From positions 250,529-314,528 of the forward strand of contig JAZJZK010000005.1 in assembly GCA_040389905.1 (NCBI GenBank): a stretch of 64,000 nucleotides of DNA, written 5' to 3'. The DNA is from Gemmatimonadota bacterium (lineage in GTDB: Bacteria > Gemmatimonadota > Gemmatimonadetes > Gemmatimonadales > Gemmatimonadaceae). Shown here in pieces: positions 27,946 to 38,320 of this stretch (the first letter of the stretch is position 1; each line of letters starts with the position of its first letter). The notes under the pieces are model-generated. The model made no database searches and had not been told where the DNA came from. It was given only the letters and a program-made list of their open reading frames with translations. The translations under genes and the position numbers were made by a program.

Positions 27946-29877
27946 ATGGCTCCTCTTGAAATGGTCCCCTCCGTGAAACGTTCCTTCCTGTTTTCGAGCG
28001 CCCTCGCCGTTGCCGTGCTCGCCGCAGCCTGCGCGAAGATGTCATCCTCTTCGGCGCCGGACGAGTATCCGGCGCCTGATATGTCCATGTCGCCTCCGCG
28101 TCCCGATCCGCGAGTCGGACTCGCCCCCGGGACGATGGTGCGGTACTCGCTCGATTCCACCAAGCGCGTGATCGCGACAAAGGCCGCGGAAGCAGGATGG
28201 AACATGCGGCTGCTGTCGAGCCGGACCCCAGCCGAGCCGTTCGTGGGCGTGACCCATTCCGACCTGGCATTCATGGGCAAGTACGCCATCCAGGGCAACT
28301 ACGACGGCTACCAAGTCTGGGACATCTCCAATCCGAGGGACCCCAAGATCTACGACGAATACGTCTGTCGCGGCTCGCAGAGTGACGTCTCCGTCTACAA
28401 GCACCTCATCTTCGTGTCCGGCGAAGCCACCAGCGGCCGGCTCGACTGCGGCAAGCAGGGGGTCGAGGATAGCGTCAGCAAGGAGCGGTTCCGCGGTATT
28501 CGCGTGTTCGACGCAACCGACCTGAAGCATCCGAAATACGTCGCGAGTGTGCAGACGTGCCGCGGGTCGCACACGCATACCGTCGTCGAAGACCCGAAGG
28601 ACGCGGCGAACATCTACGTCTATGTGTCCGGTAGCTCCGGGGTACGGCCCTCGGCGGAGCTGCAAGGCTGCGTGGATGCGGCGCCGGACGTCGATCCCGC
28701 GGGCGAGCGATTCCGGATCGAAGTGGTGCAGATTCCGCTGGCACATCCGGAGCAGGCGCATGTGGTCAGCAAGCCTGGCATTCTGACGGCGCTTGGTGTG
28801 GCGCCTCGGAGCAACGCGCGCGCAGCGCAGGACTCGGCTGAACGAGCGAATGCTCCGCCTCGTGGTGGCGGCGCCGGTCGCGCTGGTGGAGCAGGTCGTG
28901 CCGGAGGAGCAGGTCGTGCCGGAGGAGCACCGCGTGCACCGAGTGGTCCGGTACAGTGTCACGACATCACGGTCTATCCAGCCATCGGGCTCGGTGGCGG
29001 TGCCTGTGGCGGTTACGGACTGTTGCTGGACATCAGTGACGTCGCGAACCCGAAGCGCATTTACGCGGCAGCCGATTCGAACATGCAGTTCTGGCATTCG
29101 GCGACGTTCAACAACGATGGCAGCAAGGTTCTCTTCAGCGACGAATGGGGCGGAGGATCGGCGCCCCGCTGCCGCGTGACGGATCATTACGAGTGGGGCT
29201 CCGACGCGCTCTTCACGATCAGCGCGGACAAAAAGCTCGATTTCAAGAGCTATTACAAAATGCCCGCGGCGCAGACGTCGTTCGAGAACTGCGTAGCCCA
29301 CAACGGCTCGCTCATTCCGATTCCCGGTCGCGACGTGATGGTGCAGTCGTGGTATCAGGGCGGTTTGTCGATCTTCGATTGGACGGACGCCTCGCACCCG
29401 AAGGAGATCGCGTTCTACGATCGCGGTCCGCTCGACACGCTGGGTGCCGGTGCCAATGGGGGATCGTGGTCCGCGTACTGGTACAACGGCGTCATCGTGA
29501 GCTCCGAGATCGGACGTGGCCTCGACATCTATGACATCGTGCCGAGTGCGTTCATCTCGAAGAACGAGCTCGAAGCAGCCAAGACCGTGCACTTCGACTA
29601 CCTCAACGTGCAGGGGCAGCAGAAGATGGTGTGGCCGGCGAGCTTTGCGCTGTCGCGCGCGTACCTCGATCAGCTCGAACGGAATACGGGTTTGGCGGCG
29701 GAGAAGATCCAGGCGGATCGCGCTGACCTCGCCGCGGCCGAGAAGCTGTCAGGGCAGGCGCGAAAGGATGCGCTCGATGCGCTGTCGAAGCGCATGCATG
29801 GCGACGCACAGGGCGCGAAGGATGCGCCCAAGGCGCACAAGGTGGCGTTCTCCGTGGGGGATCTGGCGAAGATCTGA
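27946..29877 (+). CDS. LVIVD-repeat-type exported protein (possible lipoprotein)
   Basis: LAAAC lipobox-like; SDLAF, WDISNP, CRGSHTHT, CHDITVYP, WHSATFNNDG, CVAHNG; paired with DUF305. Confidence 0.8.
   Translation: MAPLEMVPSVKRSFLFSSALAVAVLAAACAKMSSSSAPDEYPAPDMSMSPPRPDPRVGLAPGTMVRYSLDSTKRVIATKAAEAGWNMRLLSSRTPAEPFVGVTHSDLAFMGKYAIQGNYDGYQVWDISNPRDPKIYDEYVCRGSQSDVSVYKHLIFVSGEATSGRLDCGKQGVEDSVSKERFRGIRVFDATDLKHPKYVASVQTCRGSHTHTVVEDPKDAANIYVYVSGSSGVRPSAELQGCVDAAPDVDPAGERFRIEVVQIPLAHPEQAHVVSKPGILTALGVAPRSNARAAQDSAERANAPPRGGGAGRAGGAGRAGGAGRAGGAPRAPSGPVQCHDITVYPAIGLGGGACGGYGLLLDISDVANPKRIYAAADSNMQFWHSATFNNDGSKVLFSDEWGGGSAPRCRVTDHYEWGSDALFTISADKKLDFKSYYKMPAAQTSFENCVAHNGSLIPIPGRDVMVQSWYQGGLSIFDWTDASHPKEIAFYDRGPLDTLGAGANGGSWSAYWYNGVIVSSEIGRGLDIYDIVPSAFISKNELEAAKTVHFDYLNVQGQQKMVWPASFALSRAYLDQLERNTGLAAEKIQADRADLAAAEKLSGQARKDALDALSKRMHGDAQGAKDAPKAHKVAFSVGDLAKI
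28866..28929 (+). repeat. 18-bp tandem repeat encoding (GGAGRA)n
   Basis: About 3.5 copies of GGTCGTGCCGGAGGAGCA-like units. Confidence 0.8.
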
Positions 29878-29985
29878 TTTCGCTCGGGATGGACGCGTTG
29901 TAAGAGCGTTGAGGAACGGCGTTGTTCGACGCTCAACACGGATTGGACGGATCTTTCTGATTTTGTGGATTGATTCATCAAAGGG

Positions 29986-30020
29986 GCAGGCCTGGCGATG
30001 CGCCGGGCCTGCTTTCTTCT
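29986..30020 (+). terminator. Putative intrinsic terminator
   Basis: GCAGGCCTGGCG-ATG-CGCCGGGCCTGC hairpin followed by TTTCTTCTT. Confidence 0.55.
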
Positions 30021-30066
30021 TATCCATTGATTTGCGTCGCGCGCGCTTCCGTCCCATGATTCGGCC

Positions 30067-30222
30067 ATGCGGCACATCGAGGTTGGCAAGATCGCCGACC
30101 TCCTATTGCTCGATGCGAATCCGCTGGCCGACATTCGCAATACGCGCCGCATAGCGGTCGTGGTGGCGAACGGGCGGGTGTTTACCGCCAGCGAACGGCG
30201 GCGGTTGATGCCGCGGCGGTGA
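30067..30222 (+). pseudogene. C-terminal remnant of an amidohydrolase
   Basis: Translates as IEVGKIADLLLLDANPLADIRNTRRIAVVVANGRVF, a typical amidohydrolase C-terminus; no N-terminal part upstream. Confidence 0.8.
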
Positions 30223-30261
30223 CGACTTCCAGTGCGGCCCTGAACTCGCGCTGACGAGCAT

Positions 30262-30597
30262 TCAATAAAGACACGCGTCGAGAATCGACATCACCTCGTC
30301 CAGCAACTCCGCCGGCGCCTTGCCCAATCGCTTGGCCTTCCGGGAGTTGAAGTCAATGGATTTTACCTGTTCAACCATCACGACGCCCGTGACGTCATGG
30401 CCATCTGGCACAGACACGTGAAACGGGTGAGCTCTCCGCGTGTTGGTGATCGGGCACGCGACACACAGACCCGTGTGCTTGTTGAACAGGTCATTGCTGA
30501 TGACGAGCGCGGGCCGCCGACCACGTTGCTCGTGTCCTGCCTGCGGGTCAAAGGTGAGGTTGATGAACTCTCCCTTCTTCGGGATGTAGTCCGCCAT
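30262..30597 (-). CDS. mazF: MazF/PemK toxin
   Basis: YIPKKGE..FDPQAGHEQRGRRPALVIS, CPITN, EQVKSIDF. Confidence 0.95.
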   Translation of the reverse strand: MADYIPKKGEFINLTFDPQAGHEQRGRRPALVISNDLFNKHTGLCVACPITNTRRAHPFHVSVPDGHDVTGVVMVEQVKSIDFNSRKAKRLGKAPAELLDEVMSILDACLY

Positions 30598-30846
30598 TTA
30601 CCACACCTCCTGTCCCACCGGGTCGCCCCACTCGAGTTCCTCGGACCGGTATCCTTTCGGAATGCGGCGAACGAGCTCGCTCAGATCGTGTCCGCCGCGG
30701 ACACGCCGTACGGGCGTCACCTTGAGAGCACCGTCTTCCACGACGATATCGACGGAATCGCCGACATCGATGTCGGCGTCGGCCAGCAAGCTCTTGCTCA
30801 AGCGCAGTCCCTGGCTGTTGCCCCACTTCTGAACTTTGGTGATCAC
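30598..30846 (-). CDS. mazE: AbrB/MazE antitoxin
   Basis: KVQKWGNSQGLRL...WGDPVGQEVW; GTG start with a GAGGGA SD. Confidence 0.93.
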   Translation of the reverse strand: MITKVQKWGNSQGLRLSKSLLADADIDVGDSVDIVVEDGALKVTPVRRVRGGHDLSELVRRIPKGYRSEELEWGDPVGQEVW

Positions 30847-30857
30847 ACGGTCCCTCG

Positions 30858-30881
30858 CTATACAGGATATACGAAGTATAG
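30858..30881 (-). promoter_or_regulatory. mazEF promoter/operator palindrome
   Basis: CTATAC..GATATAC..GTATAG alternating palindrome containing a TATACT -10 on the minus strand. Confidence 0.55.
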
Positions 30882-30914
30882 CCGCGCATGCCTTTGGGCG
30901 ACAGTCTACAACGT

Positions 30915-31589
30915 CTACCCAGACCGCGCGCCGGCAATGATCAACGCAAGGCCGCGACGAAATCGGAGATCTGCGGCGGCGGCTGGATTCGCGAACGCCC
31001 TGCGGAGGTGGCGCTCCGAAGCAGCGGCCAGTCGCGGCCACCGCTCGGGGTCCACCCACGTCGAGTCGGGCGGCGGGCCCTTGCCGCCTTTCGGGAACTG
31101 CGGCGACGCCTGATCGTCGAGCGCAACACCCATCGCGTAGGTGATGACGGTAACAGAAATCACCCACGCCGAGTCGGCGGTGAAGCCCGCACGCTCGAGC
31201 AGCTCGAGCGCCTTCTCGAACGCCGGCTTGACGGTGTCCGTACGAAACAACCGCGCACCCGCCACGACGCGCGCACCGTCGCGATGCGCAAGGAGCGCCT
31301 TCCGCGTGCCGATGGCAAGTGCGGTGAGCCACTCGTCCCAGGTTTCGTCAGCGCCCGACGCCGGCACATCACCCATGGCGTCCGCGAGAATCGCCGTCGC
31401 CAACAGATCGATCAACTCCTGCTTGCTGCTGATGTACCAGTACATTCCCGGCGGATGCATACCAAGCTTCTGCGCCACCCCTCGCAGGCTGAGCTTGTCG
31501 ATGCCTCCTTCTTCAAGCAGCTCGAGGCTCGCCTGAACGATCTCCGCGCGCCGCCGCTCCCGATTCTCGCCGGGCGCTCCCTTGCTCAC
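30915..31589 (-). CDS. TetR family regulator (TetR_C-type C-terminus)
   Basis: LSLRGVAQKLGMHPPGMYWYISSKQEL HTH; LLAHRDGAR. Confidence 0.92.
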   Translation of the reverse strand: MSKGAPGENRERRRAEIVQASLELLEEGGIDKLSLRGVAQKLGMHPPGMYWYISSKQELIDLLATAILADAMGDVPASGADETWDEWLTALAIGTRKALLAHRDGARVVAGARLFRTDTVKPAFEKALELLERAGFTADSAWVISVTVITYAMGVALDDQASPQFPKGGKGPPPDSTWVDPERWPRLAAASERHLRRAFANPAAAADLRFRRGLALIIAGARSG

Positions 31590-31593
31590 GGCC

Positions 31594-31649
31594 TTGACAA
31601 TTGAACGGTGTTAAAGAACATTCGTCGCATGGATTTAACAGTGTTAAAT
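31594..31649. promoter_or_regulatory. Two TetR operators plus a TTGACA -35
   Basis: TTGACA 31594-31599; imperfect TTGAACGGTGTTAAA (31601-31615); perfect ATTTAACAGTGTTAAAT (31633-31649). Confidence 0.75.
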
Positions 31650-31735
31650 ATTCCGACAATCTGTGTCGCGCATCTCGGCGGGGCAAGCGTCCGACGATCG
31701 GCTGACATTCTCCCCCCGCTCGAGCGAATCAACGC

Positions 31736-32791
31736 ATGACAGCACGGAAACGACTCCTGGTGGCAGCAAGCGTCCTCGCCCTCATATCGCTCAGCTGGAT
31801 GGCATGGTCGCGGACTCGGCCTACCGAAATCACCCTGATGGGGATTGTCGACGCCGATGAAGTCGTCGTGACACCACCTGTGCAGGCGCGGCTCGATTCC
31901 TTGTGGGTGGAGGAGGGAGCGGAAGTGAAGGCTGGCCAGCCGATCGCCACCCTGGATCGCGGCGAGCTCGCAGCACAGGCCGCGTCCGCCGGTGCGGCGA
32001 CCGCCAACGTGCGTGCCCAATTGAGTGAAGCGTCGCTCGCCGCCCGCCAAACGGAGGGCGAAGTCGCGGGCGCGCTCGCCGCCGCAAAGGCTCGACTCGC
32101 CTCTGCGCGTGCTGACGTGAGCCGTCAAGAGGTCGATGTCGATCGTCTGCGGAACGACGCAAGCCGCGCTTCGGCGCTGGCGAAGACCGGCGGCATGTCT
32201 CCGGCGGACGTGGAGCGTGCCACCGCCGCGCTGCGTGTGCAGGACCAAATGGTGACGGCGGCGAGGGAAGCGCTCAAGGCCGCTGAGGCAGATGTCCGCC
32301 GAGCGGAGTCGAGCGCGCTTGCGGCGCCGGCGGCGAGGGGCAATGTGGTCGCCGCACAGGCTCGTCTGCGTGGCGCACAGGCCGATTCCGCATACGCGGG
32401 TGCGCGGCTCGCGTACACCGAACTTCGTGCGCCGGTGAATGGCATCGTGCAGGTGCTCGTTGCGCGCCGCGGCGAGCTCGTTGGTCCCGGCAAGGCCGTC
32501 GCCATCATCGTGCAACCCGATCACGAGTGGGTCCGCGTGTCTGCGCCCGAGAGTGACGCCGCTGCCGTCGCAGTCGGCGACTCGCTCGATGTCGTGTTCC
32601 CGTCGGGTGACCGAATCCGCGGGCGCGTGATCAGCAAGAGCGCCGAGGGCGAGTTTGCCACGCAGCGCGACGTGAGCGCGTCGAAGCGGGACATTCGCGC
32701 GGTCGCGTTCCGCGTCGCCATCCCGAATCCCAAGCACACGATCGTCGCGGGTATGTCGGCATCCGTTGTCTTGCCGACGAGACGCCAGTGA
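31736..32791 (+). CDS. HlyD-family membrane fusion protein
   Basis: N-terminal TM, VEEGAEVKAGQPIA, coiled coil, LRAPVNG, GEFATQR. Confidence 0.9.
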   Translation: MTARKRLLVAASVLALISLSWMAWSRTRPTEITLMGIVDADEVVVTPPVQARLDSLWVEEGAEVKAGQPIATLDRGELAAQAASAGAATANVRAQLSEASLAARQTEGEVAGALAAAKARLASARADVSRQEVDVDRLRNDASRASALAKTGGMSPADVERATAALRVQDQMVTAAREALKAAEADVRRAESSALAAPAARGNVVAAQARLRGAQADSAYAGARLAYTELRAPVNGIVQVLVARRGELVGPGKAVAIIVQPDHEWVRVSAPESDAAAVAVGDSLDVVFPSGDRIRGRVISKSAEGEFATQRDVSASKRDIRAVAFRVAIPNPKHTIVAGMSASVVLPTRRQ

Positions 32792-33786
32792 GCAGCACGG
32801 CGAGTCGGGTGCGATCGTCCGAGCCACCGGCGATCGTCGTCGAGCACGCAATCAAGCGTTACGGCGATCTCGTCGCCGTGAACGACGTCTCTTTCACCGT
32901 GGCCGCCGGCGAAACACTCGGCCTCCTCGGTCCGAATGGCGCGGGGAAGAGCACGTTGATCCGCATGATGACCACCCTGGTGCCCATTACGAGCGGGCGC
33001 GTCATCGTCGGCGGACACGACGTGTCAAAACGTCCCGACGATGCTCGGCTCGCGATCGGCGTCATTCCGCAGGCGATGACGACGGATGTCGACCTCTCCG
33101 TCGAGGAAAACCTCAGCATCTACGCAAAGCTGTACGGCGTCCCCGCCGTCGAACGCAAGCGTGCGATCGCCGAGCTCCTCGAGCTGGTGCACCTCGCGGA
33201 CCGGCGAACGTCGCTCGTGGGCACGCTCTCCGGCGGTATGCGTCGTCGCGTGGAGCTGGCGCGCGGACTCGTGCACAGCCCCGCGATCCTCTTCCTCGAC
33301 GAACCGACCACGGGGCTCGATCCCGTCTCTCGCGCCGACGTGTGGGAGATGCTCACGCGGCTTCGCGAAGTGCGCCGGCTTACGGTACTCATCACGACGC
33401 ACTACATGGACGAAGCGGATCGCCTCTGCGATCGGATTGCCATCGTCGACAAAGGGCGGCTCGTCGCGCTGGACACGCCACGCGCACTCAAGGAAGCGGT
33501 GCCCGGCGCGAGCGCAATCGAAGCGCGCGTCGACGATGCGGGGCCCGACTGGGAGTCCGCCATCCGAAGCATCGACGGCGTTGCCTCGGCGCACGCGCTT
33601 GGTGGGCATACGTGGCGTCTCGTGACTGACGACGCGGGACGTGCCGCGACCGGGCTGGTCTCACTCGCGCAGTCGCGTGGTCTCGCGCTGCAGTCGCTCA
33701 CGGTGACGTCCACGACGCTCGACGACGTCTTTGCGCACTACGCCGGCCACTCGCTCGGCGACTCGGCGAAGGCAGGCGCATCATGA
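32788..33786 (+). CDS. ABC transporter ATP-binding protein
   Basis: GPNGAGKST, LSGGMRRR, LFLDEPT, TTHYMDEA. Confidence 0.95.
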   Translation: MSSTASRVRSSEPPAIVVEHAIKRYGDLVAVNDVSFTVAAGETLGLLGPNGAGKSTLIRMMTTLVPITSGRVIVGGHDVSKRPDDARLAIGVIPQAMTTDVDLSVEENLSIYAKLYGVPAVERKRAIAELLELVHLADRRTSLVGTLSGGMRRRVELARGLVHSPAILFLDEPTTGLDPVSRADVWEMLTRLREVRRLTVLITTHYMDEADRLCDRIAIVDKGRLVALDTPRALKEAVPGASAIEARVDDAGPDWESAIRSIDGVASAHALGGHTWRLVTDDAGRAATGLVSLAQSRGLALQSLTVTSTTLDDVFAHYAGHSLGDSAKAGAS

Positions 33787-34901
33787 ATCTCCAGCGTGTT
33801 TCTGCGATCGTCGAGCGGGAGCTCAGGAAATTCATGCGCACGCCGCTCATCCTGGTGATGGTGCTCCTCATGCCCCTGATGCAGCTCGTCGTACTCGGGA
33901 ATGCCTTCGGCGGGCGAGCCACGCATCTCAAGCTCGCGGTCGTCGACGAGGACGGCGGCCCGGCGTCGCGGCGCGTGCGAGAGGCGCTGCATGCGCTGGA
34001 GAGCAACGGCGACATGCTCCGTCCCATCACGTACGCCACCGAGCAGGAGGCAGCTGCTGCGGTCCGTCGCGGCGACGTGCAGGGCGCATTGATCCTGCCG
34101 CTGCACTTCTCGCGACGCGTCTATGCCGGCGATCGGCCACGCGTAGGCCTGTTGCTCGACAACACCGACAACGTGCTGAGCGCGACCATGCGCGGCTTGA
34201 CCGCGGGCGCGATCCAGCGTGCCACGCGCGACGTGCCCGCGCCGCGCGTTGCATCCGCTGTCACACTCGATGCCGTCGAGCTGTATCCCTACGTGCCGTA
34301 CATGCGCTACATGCTGCCTGGCGTCATCTCGCTAGGCCTGTTCATGTCCGCGATGATCGGGGGCGCGATTCTGTATCTCGACGACAAGCAGCGCGGCGTG
34401 CATGAGGGCTATCTCGTCACCCCGATTACGAAGCTCGAACTCGTACTCGCGCAGATCATCGCCGGCACCATCAAGGCGACCGCGGGAGGCATGCTCCTCG
34501 CACTCGTCGGCGCGCTCGCCGCGGGCGCGACCGCGATCTTCGAACCGGCGCGCCTCCTTGCGCTACTCGTGCTCGTCGCGCTCACGTCGGTGTCGTTCAT
34601 GGCGATGACGTCGTGCATCGTGGCCCGCATGAACAGCCCCATCGCGCCGCGGGCCATCTTCGGAATGCTGAACACGCTGTTGTATTTCCCCAGTGGCGCG
34701 GTCTACCCCACGCAGGGGCTTCCGACCTGGCTGCGCGTCGTGGCGATGGCGGATCCCTTCACATACGCGGTGCACGCCCTGCGAGTCTTGTTACTCAAAG
34801 GAGCAGCCGTTCCCGTGATGCTACCGGACCTGCTCTTTCTCTCGGCGTTTGCCGTCCTGATGTGCTCTGGTGCGGTGCTGCTCTTTCGGCGAACGCTCTG
34901 A
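33783..34901 (+). CDS. ABC-2 permease
   Basis: LAVVDED, YLVTPI, SGAVYP..LP.WL, DPFTYAV. Confidence 0.92.
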   Translation: MNLQRVSAIVERELRKFMRTPLILVMVLLMPLMQLVVLGNAFGGRATHLKLAVVDEDGGPASRRVREALHALESNGDMLRPITYATEQEAAAAVRRGDVQGALILPLHFSRRVYAGDRPRVGLLLDNTDNVLSATMRGLTAGAIQRATRDVPAPRVASAVTLDAVELYPYVPYMRYMLPGVISLGLFMSAMIGGAILYLDDKQRGVHEGYLVTPITKLELVLAQIIAGTIKATAGGMLLALVGALAAGATAIFEPARLLALLVLVALTSVSFMAMTSCIVARMNSPIAPRAIFGMLNTLLYFPSGAVYPTQGLPTWLRVVAMADPFTYAVHALRVLLLKGAAVPVMLPDLLFLSAFAVLMCSGAVLLFRRTL

Positions 34902-34921
34902 CTTGGCACACTGACCTCATA

Positions 34922-35099
34922 GCGCCGGCACATTGAACGCGGATCGAGCGGATTTGAACTGAAGCAAAAAATGATTTCTCAAGTGACGCGCGAGAGAAGC
35001 ACCTCTCCCTGAGAGGCCTGAAGAAAAAAATGTTGTTGTTACGCTTTATCCCTTTTTTGTCTTTTCCATCCGCTCAATCCGCGTTCAATGTGCCGGCGC
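34922..35099. repeat. Family C palindromic element
   Basis: GCGCCGGCACATTGAACGCGGATCGAGCGGAT ... ATCCGCTCAATCCGCGTTCAATGTGCCGGCGC; related copies at 46259-46380 and a half at 48360. Confidence 0.85.
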
Positions 35100-35331
35100 A
35101 GCAGAGAAGACAAACACGTCTATCGGTTCGATAACGGGTTGCTGTCCCTCTGAGACAGCATAGCGCCTCACCGCCGCGTCCGGTGCCACAGCCCAAGTCG
35201 AGAATGCGCGTGATCGAGCGGCCTTCGACGTGTGCCGCGATCGTGCGCATCCAGAGATCGAGCACCTCCGGGCCATGATCGCGCGCGCGGTCGTAGCCCG
35301 TGGGGATGTCGGTGCGGTCGTAGTCGGTCAT
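35085..35331 (-). pseudogene. Class I SAM methyltransferase with an internal deletion
   Basis: N-terminus intact up to ILDLGCGTGR, then a short C-terminal-like piece (IEPIDVFVF) in another frame; the core is missing. Confidence 0.7.
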
Positions 35332-35340
35332 GTGGAGAAC

Positions 35341-36843
35341 TTACCGACTGAGCGAAGGACACGTTCGCGCCCGGTCGAGCACCGGATCGCGACCCGCACC
35401 AACATCGGCTGCGGTGCGCCGCACCTCGATGTCGGGCAGGACACCGCGATTGTCCGACATGTCGCCGTTCGCGCGAACGAAGCGCGCCGAGGAGACGCTG
35501 ACGAGGAAGCCGGTTTGTGGAGAGCGAAAGTAGTACACCTCGCCGAATCCATTTGGACGGCCGCCGGTTTCCTCACCAATCAGCGTCGCGAGATGATAGG
35601 TCTTGATCCCGTCCGCGAGATCGACCGCGCTCGAGAATGTAGCCGGTCCGATCAGCACGCACACAGGCCCATCGAACCGGGGCGCGCGCGCTTCGTGCGA
35701 TTCCGGTGGCTCGGGTAGGGTTACCATCGTGCCATCTGGTCCGGAGAAGAGCTTGCGCCCCATCGGATGGATGCGTTCGATACCGATGCGATCGAAGGGC
35801 GGCCGAAGGCGTGACTTGAGGTAACCGCGATACTCAGCGCTCATCTTCCAGATCTTGGCCGCCGCGAATCGGTACGGCGCCGTCGTCACGTGCGAGAGCA
35901 GTTCATCGCCGAGTCGGCTGTCCCCGCCACCGTTGCGCCGGAGGTCGATCACGAGTGTGCGAGCGGAATCGGCGATGGCGCGTGAGAGCGCGCTTTCGAG
36001 GTCGGCGCGAAAGCGCTCGATGGTCCCGCTGAGCGAGAAGAGATCGAAGTACGCAGTGCGATCGTCGAGCAGGCGATAGGTAAAATTCGGAGACGCGACA
36101 TCGGTCGGGGCGCGCACCGTCCCACGCCGAACGCGCACGCGAATGCTGTCGGGCTCCACGCCCTCGACGTTAACGGTGCGCACCTCCGTGCTCCCTGCGC
36201 GTCGCAGGCCGACGACATATGGAGGCGTGATCCCGTTGTACCACAGCAGCGTGCCGAATTGGTCGGCCGCCATTCGCGTGCGCCATTCGGTGCTCTCGCC
36301 GGATATCTCGCCGCGCATGACACGCAGGAGCGAGTCGGACGTCCGCCCGTTGATGCCGACGATCACGTCGCCGCGATGCACCAGGGAATCGCTCCGCCAG
36401 TAGCCGCTGACGGTGAGCTCGCCCAACGCACTGACCGTGACGGCTGCGGGAAACACCAGGCCACCGGCCGCTGCGTGTTGATCGACCTCTTCCCGAGGCG
36501 GCCAGATATTCGTATGACCGTCTCCGAGCGCCGACACGACGCGCGCATAGCTCGGCCACACGGCGGCGCGTTTGACGGAATCGGGAACGTCGGCGATCAG
36601 CGCGTTGCGAAGGTGTCGGACGGAGTCGCGCGACACGACGGAATAGGGATCGGGATGAATGCGCTCGATCATCGACAGCACGCTATCGAGATCGGCGGCG
36701 ATTGCATCGCGCGCAAATGCGGTCGTCACCGCACCTGGGGGTGTCACTGGTAGCCCCGCCGCAGGCCGGGTAATGGCGCACCCGCTCAGGGAGAACAGCG
36801 TGGCTGGCGCGAATCGGAGCAAACGGATGGCGACATCTCGCAT
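35341..36843 (-). CDS. S41 family peptidase (probable lipoprotein)
   Basis: LSGC lipobox, LGDGHT, PDZ-like GDVIVGING, LVIDLRRNGGG, TFSSA, IGEETGG, GVLPDI. Confidence 0.9.
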   Translation of the reverse strand: MRDVAIRLLRFAPATLFSLSGCAITRPAAGLPVTPPGAVTTAFARDAIAADLDSVLSMIERIHPDPYSVVSRDSVRHLRNALIADVPDSVKRAAVWPSYARVVSALGDGHTNIWPPREEVDQHAAAGGLVFPAAVTVSALGELTVSGYWRSDSLVHRGDVIVGINGRTSDSLLRVMRGEISGESTEWRTRMAADQFGTLLWYNGITPPYVVGLRRAGSTEVRTVNVEGVEPDSIRVRVRRGTVRAPTDVASPNFTYRLLDDRTAYFDLFSLSGTIERFRADLESALSRAIADSARTLVIDLRRNGGGDSRLGDELLSHVTTAPYRFAAAKIWKMSAEYRGYLKSRLRPPFDRIGIERIHPMGRKLFSGPDGTMVTLPEPPESHEARAPRFDGPVCVLIGPATFSSAVDLADGIKTYHLATLIGEETGGRPNGFGEVYYFRSPQTGFLVSVSSARFVRANGDMSDNRGVLPDIEVRRTAADVGAGRDPVLDRARTCPSLSR

Positions 36844-36996
36844 GATGCGTCACTCGGCGGGTGGAGAACCCGCAAATGCAACGTGAACAGGAATCCGATG
36901 GATGCTCGCTCGACAAACCGCCGCAGCGCGCGTAGCGTCCACCGTCACGGAAACAACGGAATTGTCGAACGCGATCCCCTCCCACGCGTCCTTCCC

Positions 36997-38283
36997 ATGC
37001 CCACACTACGCCGGTTTTTTCTCGCGACACTCTTCCTGCCGGCCGCGCTCTGTGCGCAGCGCGCATCGGAAACAGCGTCCCACAAATCGACCATCGGAGC
37101 GCCGACCGCCTTATCACCCGCGGCCGCCGCTTTTGATCCCGTGCGACTCGCACGTCTCGATGCCTGGGTCCAACGCCTGATCACGGAGCGACAGATTCCC
37201 GGCGCCGTCGTGATGCTCGTGCGCGACGGCCAGGTGGCATACCACAAAGCGTACGGTACCCGCGACCTTGGCACGGGCGCTCCGCAGCGGACGAACGACA
37301 TCTTTCGAATCGCGTCGCAGACCAAGGCGATCAAGTCGCTCGCGGTGATGATGCTCTGGGAGGAGGGAAAGTTCGGGCTCGATGACCCGATCGGCCGCTA
37401 CATCCCCGCCTTCAAGACGCAGACGGTGATGACGAAGCTGAACCCCGCGGACTCGAGCTACGAGACGAAGCCGACGACGCGGCGAATCACGATCCGCCAG
37501 TTGCTGACGCATACGTCGGGACTCGACTACGCAGACATCGGCAGCAACGACTTCAAGGCGATCTACGCCAAGGCTGGCCTGACGGCGCTGGGTCGCGAAG
37601 GCGAAGTGCTCGCCGACAAGATCGACGTGTTGGGCAAGCTCCCCCTCAAGCACGAGCCGGGAGAACGATTCACGTATGGCCTTTCGCTCGACGTGCTGGG
37701 GCGGCTGGTCGAGGTCACGTCGGGCATGTCGCTCGACCAATTCTTCCGCACGCGCATCTTCGAACCACTCGGCATGCAGGATACGTATTTCGCCGTGCCG
37801 GCCGATAAGGTCGACCGCCTCGTGGCGCTGCACACGATGAAAGACGGCAAGCTCGTGGCGAATCACGGTCTCGAGAACGGGCTGCAAGCGGACTTTCCGG
37901 CTCGTGCGCCGACATATTTCTCGGGCGGCGGAGGATTGTCCTCGACGACGGCGGACTACGCGCGCTTCCTCCAGCTCTTTCTCAACGGCGGTGAGCTCGA
38001 TGGCAAGCGGTTGCTGGGACGCAAGACGGTCGAACTGATGTTGACGAATCAAATGGGATCGCTGCAGCCGGCGTTCGGGCTTGGGTTCGAGCTGGAAACA
38101 CCCGAGCTGGACTACCGATCGCCGGTCAGCCTCGGGACGTTCTCATGGAGCGGGGCGTTCAATACCTGGTACTGGGCAGATCCGAAGGAGCGGCTGATCG
38201 GCTTGATCTTCACCAACACTTATGGTGCGCCGACGAGCCTCGGTGCGCCGTTCAAGGTGTTCGTGTATTCGGCGCTCAAGTAA
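36997..38283 (+). CDS. Serine hydrolase, beta-lactamase/PBP-like family
   Basis: Signal peptide; FRIASQTK (SxxK), LLTHTSG, PGERFTYG, WADP. Confidence 0.92.
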   Translation: MPTLRRFFLATLFLPAALCAQRASETASHKSTIGAPTALSPAAAAFDPVRLARLDAWVQRLITERQIPGAVVMLVRDGQVAYHKAYGTRDLGTGAPQRTNDIFRIASQTKAIKSLAVMMLWEEGKFGLDDPIGRYIPAFKTQTVMTKLNPADSSYETKPTTRRITIRQLLTHTSGLDYADIGSNDFKAIYAKAGLTALGREGEVLADKIDVLGKLPLKHEPGERFTYGLSLDVLGRLVEVTSGMSLDQFFRTRIFEPLGMQDTYFAVPADKVDRLVALHTMKDGKLVANHGLENGLQADFPARAPTYFSGGGGLSSTTADYARFLQLFLNGGELDGKRLLGRKTVELMLTNQMGSLQPAFGLGFELETPELDYRSPVSLGTFSWSGAFNTWYWADPKERLIGLIFTNTYGAPTSLGAPFKVFVYSALK

Positions 38284-38320
38284 AGAACTGCGTTGAAGAA
38301 CTGCGTCGTTCGTTATCGAA

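Noticed and set aside
30598..31332. 244-aa MazE
   Set aside because: The upstream part overlaps tetR in another frame; the AbrB domain starts at GTG 30846 with its own SD
36997..38283. Antibiotic-resistance beta-lactamase
   Set aside because: The SxxK fold alone is not diagnostic; it resembles general esterase/peptidase members of the family
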